From Nitrospirota bacterium (GTDB lineage Bacteria; Nitrospirota; Nitrospiria; JACQCE01), in assembly GCA_016201765.1 (NCBI GenBank), contig JACQCE010000062.1, positions 11,419 to 75,418 on the forward strand: a stretch of 64,000 nucleotides of DNA, written 5' to 3'. Made by a program: the position numbers and the translations under genes. Shown here piece by piece: positions 45,728-56,617 of this stretch; position 1 is the first letter of the stretch, and every line of letters begins with the position of its first letter. The notes under the pieces were generated by a model. That model was not told where the DNA came from, did no database searches, and saw only the letters and a list, made by a program, of their open reading frames with translations.

Positions 45728-46645
45728 TCATGGGGCCGCCGACCAGTCAACCACGATCTGAATTTCATCCTGACGGACCGGTTGCGCGGGGGGGGGAGAG
45801 GCCTGTATTGTGGTGGTCTTATCTTCTGAAAGGGCGACCAGCACCAGCTCGGATGATACGAGGCCGCCGGCATCACACTGCCGGAGGAGCGCCATCCCCC
45901 GGTTGAAGACCACCAGTCGGACGCTGCTCTCCTGATCCGCCCTTCCGCTTTCTCCGCCGCCATTCACACCCATCCGAATCTGCAGCCGACGGGGTCGAGC
46001 AACGGCCAGGGTCGTTGTCACGATCGACAATGTTCGTTGTCCCTCGGTCGTCAGCACCGCCTTGTCCGACATAAACAGGAATGATGCCGCCAGTTGCAGC
46101 ACCAGTCCGTCGGCAAGGGAACGCATAGTCACATGACCGGCCTCGATGGCATCATGAAGTGCGGTCGCCAGTCGTTGTGCACCCCCTCCCCTGTCAGCCC
46201 CCCCTTCCTGCGGCCTCCCTTTTGGGTGACCGGTTCCGTCCGGGGGCTGCGATGCCGAAGAGGGTGAATGCGGCGGCTCGCTCTCATCAAGCTTGAGGAG
46301 CAACTCCTCCCGTTCAGCCGTCACGGCGCGGAGTTGCTGAGAGAGGGCTTCCTGGGCCAGGCCCTGATCGGCGGTTTGGGCCTCGAGTTCGGTCACCCGG
46401 GCCTTCAGGCTGTCGTTGGTTTGTCGCTGTTCCATGACGGCGGCCTGCAGTTGAACCGCCTGCCGCCGTTGGGCGGCGGCCTCCGCCTCCGCCTGCCCCG
46501 CGCGATCGCGGTATTGATCGCGTTCGTGCAGCGTGCGGGCATGGATCTCCGTGCTGACCCCGCAGCCGGAAACCGTCAAACACAGGCAGGTCATCCCTAT
46601 GGCTAGAGACGATTGTATGGTCTGAATGGAGGGAACGCCCGACAC
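45728..46645 (-). CDS. Coiled-coil lipoprotein with degenerate OmpA/MotB-like C-terminal domain
   Basis: VSGC lipobox, heptad region, FLFMSDKAVLTTEG. Confidence 0.6.
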   Translation of the reverse strand: MSGVPSIQTIQSSLAIGMTCLCLTVSGCGVSTEIHARTLHERDQYRDRAGQAEAEAAAQRRQAVQLQAAVMEQRQTNDSLKARVTELEAQTADQGLAQEALSQQLRAVTAEREELLLKLDESEPPHSPSSASQPPDGTGHPKGRPQEGGADRGGGAQRLATALHDAIEAGHVTMRSLADGLVLQLAASFLFMSDKAVLTTEGQRTLSIVTTTLAVARPRRLQIRMGVNGGGESGRADQESSVRLVVFNRGMALLRQCDAGGLVSSELVLVALSEDKTTTIQASPPPAQPVRQDEIQIVVDWSAAP

Positions 46646-46713
46646 CCGGTCACCCTAGCATGATCGGTCGTCTCTTTTCATGGATGGGGCGATCATGCCC
46701 CCCGGCGGGTTCG

Positions 46714-47487
46714 TCAGGCTTGCTGATTGCCGAGCGCGCTTTCTTCCACTTGCGATTGGTCGCGAAGTTCCTTGGATAGACTGATCACCCGATTGGCATA
46801 AGAAACCGGAAGGGTTCTGCATTCGGCCAGCCATTCGGACACGCGGGTTGGACCGTAATTGTAGGCGGTCAACGCCGTCTTCATATCGCCGAACTGCTGG
46901 ACGAGCTGTGAGAGATACCCCAATCCCAGCCTGAGATTGATGACCGGGTCAAACAGGGTCTCCTCCCCGCTCCAGCGCACCCGGACACCGGACGCCGACC
47001 ATTCGCGCACCATCGCCTCGGCCGTGGTCGGGGACAACTGCATCAACCCGACCGCGCCTTGCTCGGATCTGGACCAATTAAACACTGAGCTTTCCGTGGC
47101 GATCAAGGCCATGACGAGGGCCGGTTGAAATCCGTAACGCTGGCTTTCATAGTAAAGCGACTCCGCCAGCTGCCGTTTCTGGGGCAGGGTCAGACCGGTT
47201 CGATAATCGGCCAGCCATTGATGGACCGTTCCAATATCAACGGCCTGGTATTCCCCGGATGCGCCAATGGCCTGCTCTGAACTCTCCCGCACAGCTTCCA
47301 CATCCGCCACAACCACTGGCGGAAATGGAGTCACTTCGGTCAGTTCGGTGGAGGGTGCCAATTCGCCCCCAATCACGGCTCCCCCATGGTAGAGACCCAT
47401 AGCAAGGAGAGCCACCCCCCCGAAACTGAGGAGAACATTTTTACGCGTGATCAGGCCCTTCAGACAGCCCGCCCAGCTGTGAACCAT
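46714..47487 (-). CDS. Lytic transglycosylase (SLT)
   Basis: ALIATES, GAVGLMQL, TAYNYGP. Confidence 0.88.
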   Translation of the reverse strand: MVHSWAGCLKGLITRKNVLLSFGGVALLAMGLYHGGAVIGGELAPSTELTEVTPFPPVVVADVEAVRESSEQAIGASGEYQAVDIGTVHQWLADYRTGLTLPQKRQLAESLYYESQRYGFQPALVMALIATESSVFNWSRSEQGAVGLMQLSPTTAEAMVREWSASGVRVRWSGEETLFDPVINLRLGLGYLSQLVQQFGDMKTALTAYNYGPTRVSEWLAECRTLPVSYANRVISLSKELRDQSQVEESALGNQQA

Positions 47488-47643
47488 ACCGCCCCCCTTC
47501 TTCCCCGTGTCTCCCCCGAGACACGGGCCTATCCACGAACGGGGACCATCCTACCGGAGCGGAATTCCAATTGTCAACCCTTGAAAATCCCCCCTCAAGA
47601 CCACTCAAAATCCCTTCAAATAAAAAAACCATAATACATTGAT

Positions 47644-49065
47644 TTAATTAGTGAAATACTTCATATCTGGCAGCAGATCCCTGAGCGGAGACGGAGTGAT
47701 ATAACTTTCTATTTCATCCCCCCTCCTTATATATAGGAGCTCCCCTTCCTTCTTACCAAGCCTGACCACCACCGGTTGTATGGTGGAATTATCACCACTA
47801 AATAGTGTGATTACGATCGCGCCGGTGGTTAAACCAAGTTTCGGCCATGCCGAGGCGGTGCTCCCTGCAATTTTCTCCACCTTGGCCAGCCAGAGCTCCT
47901 TCAGAAACTTCTGCAGCGACTCCTCGGCCTCTTTTGAAAGGGGTTGCCCGTTCGACATCCAGGCTTCGCCCCCCCCCTTCACAAGCTGGTAGCGCCCTGC
48001 CGGTTGCTCAACCACAAGACGTTGCACCCCCTCCGGCCTGATCTGCGCCACCCGCTTATCCTGCAGATCAAACACCGTTCGTTCAAACTGCAGGACGGTC
48101 TGTCGATCCACCTGGTAGAGCGGCGCCTCCGGAGTGGTCACGGCGTAAGCCGCCTCCTCGCTCAACGGGAAAAAAAGACGAACCGAGGTCGAATGCTCCC
48201 CCCCCCGCATGACGATCTCCACTTTCGGCCGCTTGAATCCGGCCAGTTTCTCCGCCTTCCCTGTATCCAGTATCGCCGAGGCGCGAAGCGAACTGATCTG
48301 CTTGAGCAGCGCGTCGACCGCCTGATCATCCGCGGCCGCCCGGACGGGCGTCACCAACGACCACCCGGTGATAGGACCCGCCGTCTTGCCCGCGGCCGCG
48401 TGCCGCTCCAGCCGGATCACGGGAGGGGATTGACCGGGATACCGGAGTTCCAATGCCGTGACACTCCCCGCGGCCATATCGAACAGCTCCTTCTTTCTCA
48501 AATCATAGAGCGTCTTCGTCGCCGCCTCTCTGACCTCAATCGGCGCCAGCCAGACGGGCCCCTCACGACCGGCCTCCGCCGCCGGCCACACACGCACATA
48601 CACGGATGACCCGACCGGACTCTTATCGCCGACATCGAGCCGGCGCTCCCCCCCGCCGATGGTGATCTTCAGGATCACCGGCGCGGGATCCAAACCATAG
48701 GGCCCCAAGGCGGTCGGGTTGTCTTCGATCACGCGCAATCGTCTGGCACGAGTCACCTGCAGCAGCAGGGATCGTACCGCCTCCTGATCGGCAACGGTCG
48801 CAACGGGAGACAGAATCTGCCAGGCGCCGGCCTGATCCTTCGTCAGCGCAATCGTCGTGTCGGACGTCTTCAATTCCAGGGCCGTTGCGGCGGTAGGATC
48901 AAACGCCAGCAGCAGGTCCGCCTGTCCCGGCGCATCACCTGTCGTCCGCTCACGGGGCAGATCCACGAGCCGCAAATAGGCGACCAAACCCAGCAGCACG
49001 CCGACCCACAGCAGCAACATGCGCCACCGGCGCCACCATGCCGCTCTACCAGCCGGATTGGCCAT
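47644..49065 (-). CDS. DUF4340 domain protein
   Basis: N-terminal TM, repeated W-P-AD..YGL units; typical partner of GldG ABC clusters. Confidence 0.8.
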   Translation of the reverse strand: MANPAGRAAWWRRWRMLLLWVGVLLGLVAYLRLVDLPRERTTGDAPGQADLLLAFDPTAATALELKTSDTTIALTKDQAGAWQILSPVATVADQEAVRSLLLQVTRARRLRVIEDNPTALGPYGLDPAPVILKITIGGGERRLDVGDKSPVGSSVYVRVWPAAEAGREGPVWLAPIEVREAATKTLYDLRKKELFDMAAGSVTALELRYPGQSPPVIRLERHAAAGKTAGPITGWSLVTPVRAAADDQAVDALLKQISSLRASAILDTGKAEKLAGFKRPKVEIVMRGGEHSTSVRLFFPLSEEAAYAVTTPEAPLYQVDRQTVLQFERTVFDLQDKRVAQIRPEGVQRLVVEQPAGRYQLVKGGGEAWMSNGQPLSKEAEESLQKFLKELWLAKVEKIAGSTASAWPKLGLTTGAIVITLFSGDNSTIQPVVVRLGKKEGELLYIRRGDEIESYITPSPLRDLLPDMKYFTN

Positions 49066-49093
49066 CAGGAATACGCCCTTCGCCGAACAAAGT

Positions 49094-50686
49094 CTATAAT
49101 CGCCGCCGCCATTGCCATGCGACCAATCCCGCCAGCAAGGCCGCGCCGGGCATGACCACCACGGACACCCAGAAGAAGATCCCTTCCTGTTCATCGCTCA
49201 GGATGAGAGGACTCGCATTGGCTTCCTTGGGCCGGATCGAAATGGCCTCTTCATCAGCCCCCAGCCAGTTGATGACATTGAGCAGGAGATCGCCGTTGCC
49301 ATACAAACGAAAGAACCCATTGGTGGCAAAATCAGAGTCGCCAAACACCACCAGACGGGCCGCGCTGGACGGCGTGGACGCGGCGGGCGCCGGCGGCGGC
49401 TGTCCCTGTTGGGGAGGGGCCGTTTGCACCGCCAGGGCAAGAACCAGCGGCCCCTTGAGGTCCCTCAAACGGTCAAACTCGACCTGCTGGTTTTTCAGAT
49501 CGGTTTCCCCCCAGCTTTTGTCGCTGGTCGTCACCAGGTTCTCATGCGAAAAGGTACTCGCCTTCGCCGCGTCGAACCGGAGGCTTCGGACCGCCGGAAA
49601 TGCGGTGTTCAGCGAAAACTCCCTGGTCACCACATGCGTTTTGGAATAAGTGCGTGCCACCACCATCTCCAACCCCGCCCCGAACAGGCTGATGGAGGTT
49701 TCAATCACCAAATCCTGATCCAGCGTCACGCCCCAGTCGGCCAGCAGCGGTTCGATGCCCGTGGCCGTCAACGGATCGGCCAGGACCAGCAACCGCCCCC
49801 CCTTGTTCAGATAACCCCGCACCGCCTCCATCTCCTGAGGCGCCATGAATTTGGTCGCCCCGCCGATCACGAGCGCGGTGATCTTCTCCGGGACCGATCC
49901 CTGCTGCGCCAGCGACAGGCCGACGACCTCATACCCCTCCCGCTCAAGGCCCTCCTTCACGGCTGAAAAACCGGACTGGCCCGCGTCATCGAGGGCGTGC
50001 TCGCCGTGCCCCTCCAGAAAGGCAATCCGTTTTTTCTCCGTGCGCAGGACGCGAATCAAGGCATTGGTAAAGAGTTGTTCACGGTTGTCGAGATCCTCCG
50101 GGCCCAACAGGCGCACACGGCTCTCCTGTCCGCCGCTCTCGAACACCACCGTGTCGTACTGGGTCACCCCGTACTGTTTGGCGACGGCCGGCCGTTTTTC
50201 GGGATCGACATAGATGACCGTCAGCCGCCGCGTGTACTGTTGATAGCTGTCGACCAATGCATGGAGCACCCCCTTGGTCGGCCCGAGGTCCTGCACAAAC
50301 AGCGTCACGGTCACGTCGCGGTCAAGCCCCTTCAGAATTTTGACCGTCTGCGGCGACAGCGAAAATTGACCCGACCCGGACAAATCCCAGCGGAGATTGT
50401 GACGCACCGCCAGCACATTCACCAGCACGATCACCGCGAGAAAGACCAGCAGCAACAGTCCGCCATGCAATCCCAGGCGGGCCGCCCGCCCGAACGCCGC
50501 GGCTCGAATCACCTGGAAATGCGCCGTCACATACGCCGCCAGGCACGCCACCGCCAACAATTCCAGCGCACCGCTCACGAGGGGGCGTTGCGGCCAGAAC
50601 AGATCAACACCCACCCCCCCGACGGCAACGATCAACCCGATCGCGCCCGCCCAGCGCGTCCACCCTCCGCCGCCCGCTACCGCCAT
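49094..50686 (-). CDS. GldG-family ABC transporter auxiliary component
   Basis: RWDLS..FSLSPQT, GHGE, VFGDSDF, C-terminal TM ending RRR. Confidence 0.88.
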   Translation of the reverse strand: MAVAGGGGWTRWAGAIGLIVAVGGVGVDLFWPQRPLVSGALELLAVACLAAYVTAHFQVIRAAAFGRAARLGLHGGLLLLVFLAVIVLVNVLAVRHNLRWDLSGSGQFSLSPQTVKILKGLDRDVTVTLFVQDLGPTKGVLHALVDSYQQYTRRLTVIYVDPEKRPAVAKQYGVTQYDTVVFESGGQESRVRLLGPEDLDNREQLFTNALIRVLRTEKKRIAFLEGHGEHALDDAGQSGFSAVKEGLEREGYEVVGLSLAQQGSVPEKITALVIGGATKFMAPQEMEAVRGYLNKGGRLLVLADPLTATGIEPLLADWGVTLDQDLVIETSISLFGAGLEMVVARTYSKTHVVTREFSLNTAFPAVRSLRFDAAKASTFSHENLVTTSDKSWGETDLKNQQVEFDRLRDLKGPLVLALAVQTAPPQQGQPPPAPAASTPSSAARLVVFGDSDFATNGFFRLYGNGDLLLNVINWLGADEEAISIRPKEANASPLILSDEQEGIFFWVSVVVMPGAALLAGLVAWQWRRRL

Positions 50687-51447
50687 CGCTGGGACTCCAC
50701 AACGCGATGCGCCAGAAACAGGCTGACCGCGATCAATCCCAACAGGTAGACGACATCCTTCGTGTCGATCAATCCGGCCAGAAAATTATTCAAGTGTTCC
50801 AGCAGCGACAGATACGTCAGCAACGGGCCCGTCTGGGTATCGGCCGTCACGGCCCCCACCCAGCCCAGGAGCCACATCACAATCAGGAGGGAAAAACTGA
50901 TGATGGCGGCGATCATCTGGTTTTCGGTGAGCGCCGAGGCCAGCAGCCCGACGGCCAGGAACACGGCGCCCACGAGGAACAGGCCGAGGTAGCCGGAGAA
51001 CACCGGCCACCAGACGACGGGACCGAACCGGCCGAGCAGCAGCGGCATGTAGAGCGTCAACCCGAGCATGACGCCGTACAACGCCAGCACGGCGAGATAT
51101 TTCCCGAGAATGAGCTGTGCGACGGTCACCGGAGAGGTCAACAGCAGTTCGCTGGTCTTTTGCTTCCGCTCCTCCGCGATCAACCGCATCGTGAGAAGCG
51201 GCACGATCAGCAATAGAATAACGCTGAAATTGCGCAGCGACGGCGCCAGAATCATCTCATTGATGTTCAATTGCGGCGCCATTTGCTGCATCCGGAGCAT
51301 CATCCGGGTTTGCACGCTGGCTGCAATCACAATGGTATAAAACAAATAGCCCGTCACCAGCAGGAACATCGCCACGCAGACGGCGGCGATGGGGGAGACC
51401 AGGAGGGAGCGCAATTCCCTCGCACACACAGCCAGCAGCTTGCTCAT
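50677..51447 (-). CDS. ABC transporter permease (GldF-like)
   Basis: PLLTMRLIAEERKQKTSELLLTSP, GKYLA, TENQMIAA. Confidence 0.9.
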   Translation of the reverse strand: MSKLLAVCARELRSLLVSPIAAVCVAMFLLVTGYLFYTIVIAASVQTRMMLRMQQMAPQLNINEMILAPSLRNFSVILLLIVPLLTMRLIAEERKQKTSELLLTSPVTVAQLILGKYLAVLALYGVMLGLTLYMPLLLGRFGPVVWWPVFSGYLGLFLVGAVFLAVGLLASALTENQMIAAIISFSLLIVMWLLGWVGAVTADTQTGPLLTYLSLLEHLNNFLAGLIDTKDVVYLLGLIAVSLFLAHRVVESQRWR

Positions 51448-52496
51448 TCCGTGTCCTTTGACTGTTGGGCAAATTGCGCCGACCCACGCGGGGGGGAGGC
51501 ATCGTTCAGACCGGCGGCCGGGACGTCATCGAGCCGATCCGGGCGGGCCGGCGCATCGGTCGTCAACTGCAGGAACACCTCTTCCAGCGACATCGCCATC
51601 GCGGACAACTCCACCAGTCCGCCATCGGCGCCGACAATGAGACGGGCCGCCGCCTCCCGCACGTCACGACCCTGTTCGCAATCGATCAGCCACACCGTCG
51701 CGCCGTCATCACGAACCGCGCCCGCCGGCGCCTCCGGCAACACCGCCAGCACGCCGGGCAGTCCGGCCACCGCCGTACGCAACGCTTCAGTCGGGCGGCG
51801 CAGGGCGATCTTCACCTGTTCCGACCCGCGCAGTTGCGCCGCCAGCCGCTCCGGCGTATCCACCGCCACCACCCGTCCCTTGTGAATAATGACCACCCGC
51901 TGGCAGATGGCCGTCGCTTCGGGAAGGATGTGCGTGCTGAGAATCACCGTGTGCGCGCCGGCCAGCGTCTTGATGAGCTCCCGGATCTCGATGATCTGCT
52001 TGGGATCCAGGCCGCCGGTCGGTTCATCGAGAATCAACACGGGCGGATCATGAATCAACGCCTGCGCCAGTCCCACGCGCTGCCGGTACCCACGCGACAG
52101 GTTGCCGATCAGGCGGCCGCGAACCTGTCCCAGCGCGCAGCGCTCCACCGCCACATCGACCGACCGGCGGAGCCCGCCGCGAGCCACCCCCTTGATCCGG
52201 GCCACGTACCGCAGATACTCCGTCACGGTCATCTCCGGATAGAGTGGCAGGGTCTCCGGCAAATATCCGATCCGCTGCTTGACCTCGAGGGGGGATTCAT
52301 CGATATCGTATCCGGCCACGCGCGCATGGCCGGAGGTGGCCGGCAACGCGCCGGTGAGGATCCGCATCGTGGTCGTCTTGCCCGCGCCGTTCGGCCCCAG
52401 AAACGCCAGCACCTCACCCGGCTCAACCCGGAAGGTCACGGCCTCGATGGCGGTCAGGGACCCGTATCGCTTGGTCAACTGGTCAACTTCGATCAT
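51444..52496 (-). CDS. ABC transporter ATP-binding protein (GldA-like)
   Basis: GPNGAGKT, LSRGYRQR, LDEPT, STH; start may be 52553. Confidence 0.93.
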   Translation of the reverse strand: MIEVDQLTKRYGSLTAIEAVTFRVEPGEVLAFLGPNGAGKTTTMRILTGALPATSGHARVAGYDIDESPLEVKQRIGYLPETLPLYPEMTVTEYLRYVARIKGVARGGLRRSVDVAVERCALGQVRGRLIGNLSRGYRQRVGLAQALIHDPPVLILDEPTGGLDPKQIIEIRELIKTLAGAHTVILSTHILPEATAICQRVVIIHKGRVVAVDTPERLAAQLRGSEQVKIALRRPTEALRTAVAGLPGVLAVLPEAPAGAVRDDGATVWLIDCEQGRDVREAAARLIVGADGGLVELSAMAMSLEEVFLQLTTDAPARPDRLDDVPAAGLNDASPPRGSAQFAQQSKDTE

Positions 52497-52610
52497 CGTC
52501 GGTATCGTCCGTGGAGCCGTCGAGGAATCTGTGTATGTGCCCACCGGCGTCATGCGTCCCGCTCAACACGCTTGTCATGACCGCCTCGTTCTCCCGCCCT
52601 TTAAAACAGA

Positions 52611-52639
52611 GAGGGGAAGCCATCCCGGCTTCCCCCCTC
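52611..52639. terminator. Hairpin downstream of the cytochrome c gene, possible terminator
   Basis: GGGGAAGCC / GGCTTCCCC stem. Confidence 0.5.
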
Positions 52640-52712
52640 GCCTCACTCAACTGTCAAACGCCTTGAATCATCGCATCCGGCGCAACACCATCACCGGACT
52701 GCACGGCGATCG

Positions 52713-53162
52713 TTATTTCTCGCCGCCGAGGCTGCGCTCGTAGAGGATCGCCTTCCAACCCTCTTCTTCCGTGATCACCGATCCCACGACCGGAATCATG
52801 GCCGTGCCCGCGCTGCCGTTCTTGAGCACCCACATCATCTCGCCGGCTGTTTTGGCCTTGTCAAACGCCGGATTGCTGAAATTGCGCGGCGACGGATCAA
52901 GACCGGTGGCCGCCGGGCCGTCTCCCTTGCCAGCCATGCCGTGACAGGTAAAGCAGGTGCCCTTGCCCTCAAAAATGGCCTTGCCTTCAGCCAGCGCCGC
53001 AGCATTGCCCTGAAAGGGATTCTTCGCCTTCTTGGCATCCGCGAGCTGATCCGCAGGTACGCGAGAGGCCAACGGATCCTTTTCCGCCGAGATGGCGACA
53101 GCCGCGCCCATGACGGCAATGACGACCAACACTGCGCTTGCTTTGATCACGTGCTTGACCAT
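52713..53162 (-). CDS. Periplasmic mono-heme cytochrome c
   Basis: Signal peptide, CFTCH, GTAMIP; SD GGAGG. Confidence 0.9.
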   Translation of the reverse strand: MVKHVIKASAVLVVIAVMGAAVAISAEKDPLASRVPADQLADAKKAKNPFQGNAAALAEGKAIFEGKGTCFTCHGMAGKGDGPAATGLDPSPRNFSNPAFDKAKTAGEMMWVLKNGSAGTAMIPVVGSVITEEEGWKAILYERSLGGEK

Positions 53163-53489
53163 GGTTCTGTACCCTCCACTGTGAGTGATAGTCTTGCTTG
53201 TTGCGTTCCCTTGCTTGCCCCTGCTTGGAGACTGCGCCGACTCTTTCGACGCCATGTTTGTCAGGCTGAGCGCGTCCTCCCCCACTGCTGCGACCCGCTC
53301 ATCCCTCCCTTCTGATCCGTGGGTTGGTGCGGGTTGCCCCCGCCGCGCACCGCCTGCTTCGACCCTACGTATCAGACGCTGATGCCGCCGCATTTATTCA
53401 GCCCGCCAGCGCCGTTCCAATCAAAGGGAATATCAAATCTGTTGCAAACCGCGGCATAATAACGGATTGTCACCATGATGTCAAGCCGA

Positions 53490-54326
53490 TCAGACCTCTT
53501 CCAGCATCCGGCACAACCACCGGCCCAGCAGCGCCATCGCCCGGCTGCTCCGGCGGCCGAGGCTCCACAACGCCGGCAGTTGCGCCGGCCTGGCCGCCGC
53601 CGCAAAACCGCTTTTCCAAATTGAAAACGAGCCGTCCGGACGCAAAAAACGCTCCGGCGGTATGTCCAACGCCTCGTCAAGCGGATCCAAAATCACCCGG
53701 GCGGCGACCACGGGAATTCCCGCGGCCATGGCCGCTTCTGCAACGGCCCCGCTTTCCATATCGACCGCCAGCCCGGTCGTCCGCACGGCCAGCGCCCGTT
53801 TTTCATCCACGGCGCCGGCCAGATGATCGACCGTCACCAGAACCCCCGTGCGCGCCGTCATCCCGCACGCGTCCGCAGCGCGAAGCGCCACCCCGCACAA
53901 CCCCCGATCGGCCGGCGGCCCGATGGTCCGGACACCATCGAACCGGCCCCCCTCCACCCGCGCCCAGCAATCGCCGATCACGACCGCGCCCGACGGCAAT
54001 GACGGGTGAAGACCGCCGGAGACCCCGATGGAAATCACCCCCAGGCATCCTTCCTCCTGCCTCCAATGCTCCAACAGATGGACAACAGCCCCGTGCGCCC
54101 GCTTCGGCCCGATGCCGGTCTGCACCACCATCACCCGGTGGTTCCCCGCCCGTCCCCCGAAGAGCGGCGCCGCATCAGCGTCCCCGGCCCGAGTCAACCC
54201 CAGCGGACGCATGAGCGGATGCCGTTCATGCGCAGTGGCCACGCAGACAAGCCACCCGCCTATTGTGGGAGTGCCGGCCGCCGTCACCGTCAGACTCCAA
54301 GCATGGCATTGCAAGTCATCGGGCAT
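53490..54326 (-). CDS. Hopanoid-associated nucleoside phosphorylase (HpnG-like)
   Basis: TGIGP, ISIGVSGGL, AVDMES; downstream of shc. Confidence 0.8.
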   Translation of the reverse strand: MPDDLQCHAWSLTVTAAGTPTIGGWLVCVATAHERHPLMRPLGLTRAGDADAAPLFGGRAGNHRVMVVQTGIGPKRAHGAVVHLLEHWRQEEGCLGVISIGVSGGLHPSLPSGAVVIGDCWARVEGGRFDGVRTIGPPADRGLCGVALRAADACGMTARTGVLVTVDHLAGAVDEKRALAVRTTGLAVDMESGAVAEAAMAAGIPVVAARVILDPLDEALDIPPERFLRPDGSFSIWKSGFAAAARPAQLPALWSLGRRSSRAMALLGRWLCRMLEEV

Positions 54327-54395
54327 GTCATGAGGGGAAGGATGGATGAAGCAACCACGTGACAGCAGGGCCGCACGACCACCCCGGAGGAGACG

Positions 54396-56525
54396 TCAGC
54401 GGGAGGAAGCAGTCGAATGGGCGGAACCGACCCGATAGAAACCGGAGAGCCGGTGTTGATCACGAATGGCCGCCGTGACCATCTGTCCGCCGCCGCTGAG
54501 ATTGCCATAGAGGGCCAGGGCCCACAACGGAAAATATTTGCAGTACATGTGATACCGCAGATAAAACACGCGCGGGAAACCGGTGCCTGTAAACGCCCGC
54601 TCCTCCCACGCGCCATCCGGCTGCTGATGGCGCAGCAAGTAGTCCACCCCGGCCCTCACCGCCGGATGATTGACCTCGCCCGCGTGCAGCAGACCCATCA
54701 CCGCCCAGGCCGTTTGCGATGCGGTGCTTGGCCCGACGCCCGCAAGGGCGGGATTGGCGTAGGACTCGCACGTCTCCCCCCATCCGCCGTCTTCGTTCTG
54801 CACCGAGATGAGCCACCCCGCCGCACGGCGGATATACGGCTGATCCATCTCTTCATGGATCATGCGCAAGCCCGCCAGAGCCGACCAGGTGCCGTAAATA
54901 TAATTGACGCCCCACCGGCCGTACCATGCCCCGGTGGTTTCCTGATTGGCCTTTAAAAAGGCGATCCCGCGGGCCGCCGGCGGGTAGGTCACGTCAAACC
55001 CCAGGACGCCCATGGCTTCCAATGCGCGGCCGGTCAGATCGGCCGTGCTCGGATCAAGCAACGCGCCGTGGTCGGCAAACGGAATATGATTGAGGATGAG
55101 TTTGTTGTTGTCGGCGTCGAACGAGCCCCAGCCGCCGTCCCGGCCCTGCATCGCCAGCAACCACCGGAATCCGCGCAGCATCTCCCGCCGCTTCCATTCC
55201 TCATCGGGCAGGATCACCTTGCCCAGCGCCATGAGCACCACGGCGGTGTCATCGATATCGGGATAAAATTCGTTTTCAAACTGGAAATACCACCCGCCCG
55301 GCTGCGCGTGGGGGCGGTGCGCCTGCCAATCGCCGGTCCGGCGGATCTGTTTGTTCAGCATCCATTCCGACGCCTTGACCAACGCCGGGTGATCGCGATC
55401 GAACCCGGCTTCGACCAGCGTGTTGATCGTCAGGCAGGTGTCCCAGATGGGGGAATGGCAGGGCTGCAGATGCAGCCGGTGCTCGTCGCTGCTCTCCAGC
55501 TCCTCGATCTCGCCCAGCGCCTTGCTCACGAGGGGATCATTCACCGAACGCCCCAGCGACAGCGACGCCACCACCGAATTGGCCATGGCCGGATAGATCG
55601 CGCCCAGGCCGCCGGATCCCCGCATGTGCTCGACCATCCAGTCCGCGGCCCGCCCCATCGCGCGGCAGCGGAGCCCCTTCAGATGATGCCGGTCATACCA
55701 GCGTAACAGGGAATCGACGAGCAGGAACACATTCCGCCACGTCACCCAGCGCCGGTCGCGCTTGAGCCGGATCGACTCCCTGGGCTGCAGGAACAGTTCA
55801 TCAATCGCCGCGGACGGCGGCGCCGGGCGCAGGGGCCGGTGGGCGTACATGATCAGCAGCGGCACCATCACGGTGCGGGACCAGTAGGACACCGAAAAAA
55901 TATTGAAGTAGAACCACCGGGGCAGCAGGATCAATTCCACCGGCATGACCGGAATCGCCCGCCAGGTGAACTGGCCGAACAACGCCAGCGCAATCCGGGT
56001 GAAGACATTGACCTCCCCGGCCCCGCCATGGGCGAGAATCCACCTGCGCGCGTTCGCCATGAAGGGTTCGTCGGCCGCCACCCCGCACAGCTTCAGGGCG
56101 AAATAGGCCTTGACCGTCGCGCTGATATTGCCGGGACCGTCGTGAAAAATATTCCACGACCCGTCAGGCGATTGACTTTCGATCAAATAGCGCACCGCTT
56201 TTTTCTCACGCAACGGATCGACCTTGCCGATGAAGCGGCGCAGCATCAGGTATTCGGACGTCAGCGTGGAATCGGCTTCCAACTCGCCGGCCCAGTAGCC
56301 GCCGGACGGGTTCTGCACCGTCAGTAGATAAGCGGCCGCCCGGTTGACGGCGTCATCCAGCCGGCCGGCCGAACGGGCGTGGTCCTCGCCGGTTGATCGA
56401 ACCTCGCGAAGCTCGAACCCCTCCGGTCCCCCGTCCCGTTCATTGACCGCGCGTTCGCGGCCTTCCCGGCCGTTTCGCCCGCTCCGATGACCGCGCGCCG
56501 GCGTGTTCCCGATCCACGAGGACAT
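54396..56525 (-). CDS. shc: Squalene--hopene cyclase
   Basis: YPDIDDTA (DxDD), QW repeats, GTGFPRVFYLRYH; start is approximate. Confidence 0.95.
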   Translation of the reverse strand: MSSWIGNTPARGHRSGRNGREGRERAVNERDGGPEGFELREVRSTGEDHARSAGRLDDAVNRAAAYLLTVQNPSGGYWAGELEADSTLTSEYLMLRRFIGKVDPLREKKAVRYLIESQSPDGSWNIFHDGPGNISATVKAYFALKLCGVAADEPFMANARRWILAHGGAGEVNVFTRIALALFGQFTWRAIPVMPVELILLPRWFYFNIFSVSYWSRTVMVPLLIMYAHRPLRPAPPSAAIDELFLQPRESIRLKRDRRWVTWRNVFLLVDSLLRWYDRHHLKGLRCRAMGRAADWMVEHMRGSGGLGAIYPAMANSVVASLSLGRSVNDPLVSKALGEIEELESSDEHRLHLQPCHSPIWDTCLTINTLVEAGFDRDHPALVKASEWMLNKQIRRTGDWQAHRPHAQPGGWYFQFENEFYPDIDDTAVVLMALGKVILPDEEWKRREMLRGFRWLLAMQGRDGGWGSFDADNNKLILNHIPFADHGALLDPSTADLTGRALEAMGVLGFDVTYPPAARGIAFLKANQETTGAWYGRWGVNYIYGTWSALAGLRMIHEEMDQPYIRRAAGWLISVQNEDGGWGETCESYANPALAGVGPSTASQTAWAVMGLLHAGEVNHPAVRAGVDYLLRHQQPDGAWEERAFTGTGFPRVFYLRYHMYCKYFPLWALALYGNLSGGGQMVTAAIRDQHRLSGFYRVGSAHSTASSR

Positions 56526-56617
56526 TCTGGACCAGAGCGCCTTCAACGGCCGCCTGCTCGGCGGGGCGGAAGAGGAACGAAGTTGTTCACCGGGAGTCTG
56601 CTGCACGCGGGGACCCG

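Noticed and set aside
47644..52553. Gliding motility system implied by Gld-like ABC genes
   Set aside because: GldA/F/G-DUF4340 clusters are widespread in non-gliding bacteria and no other gld or T9SS genes are present
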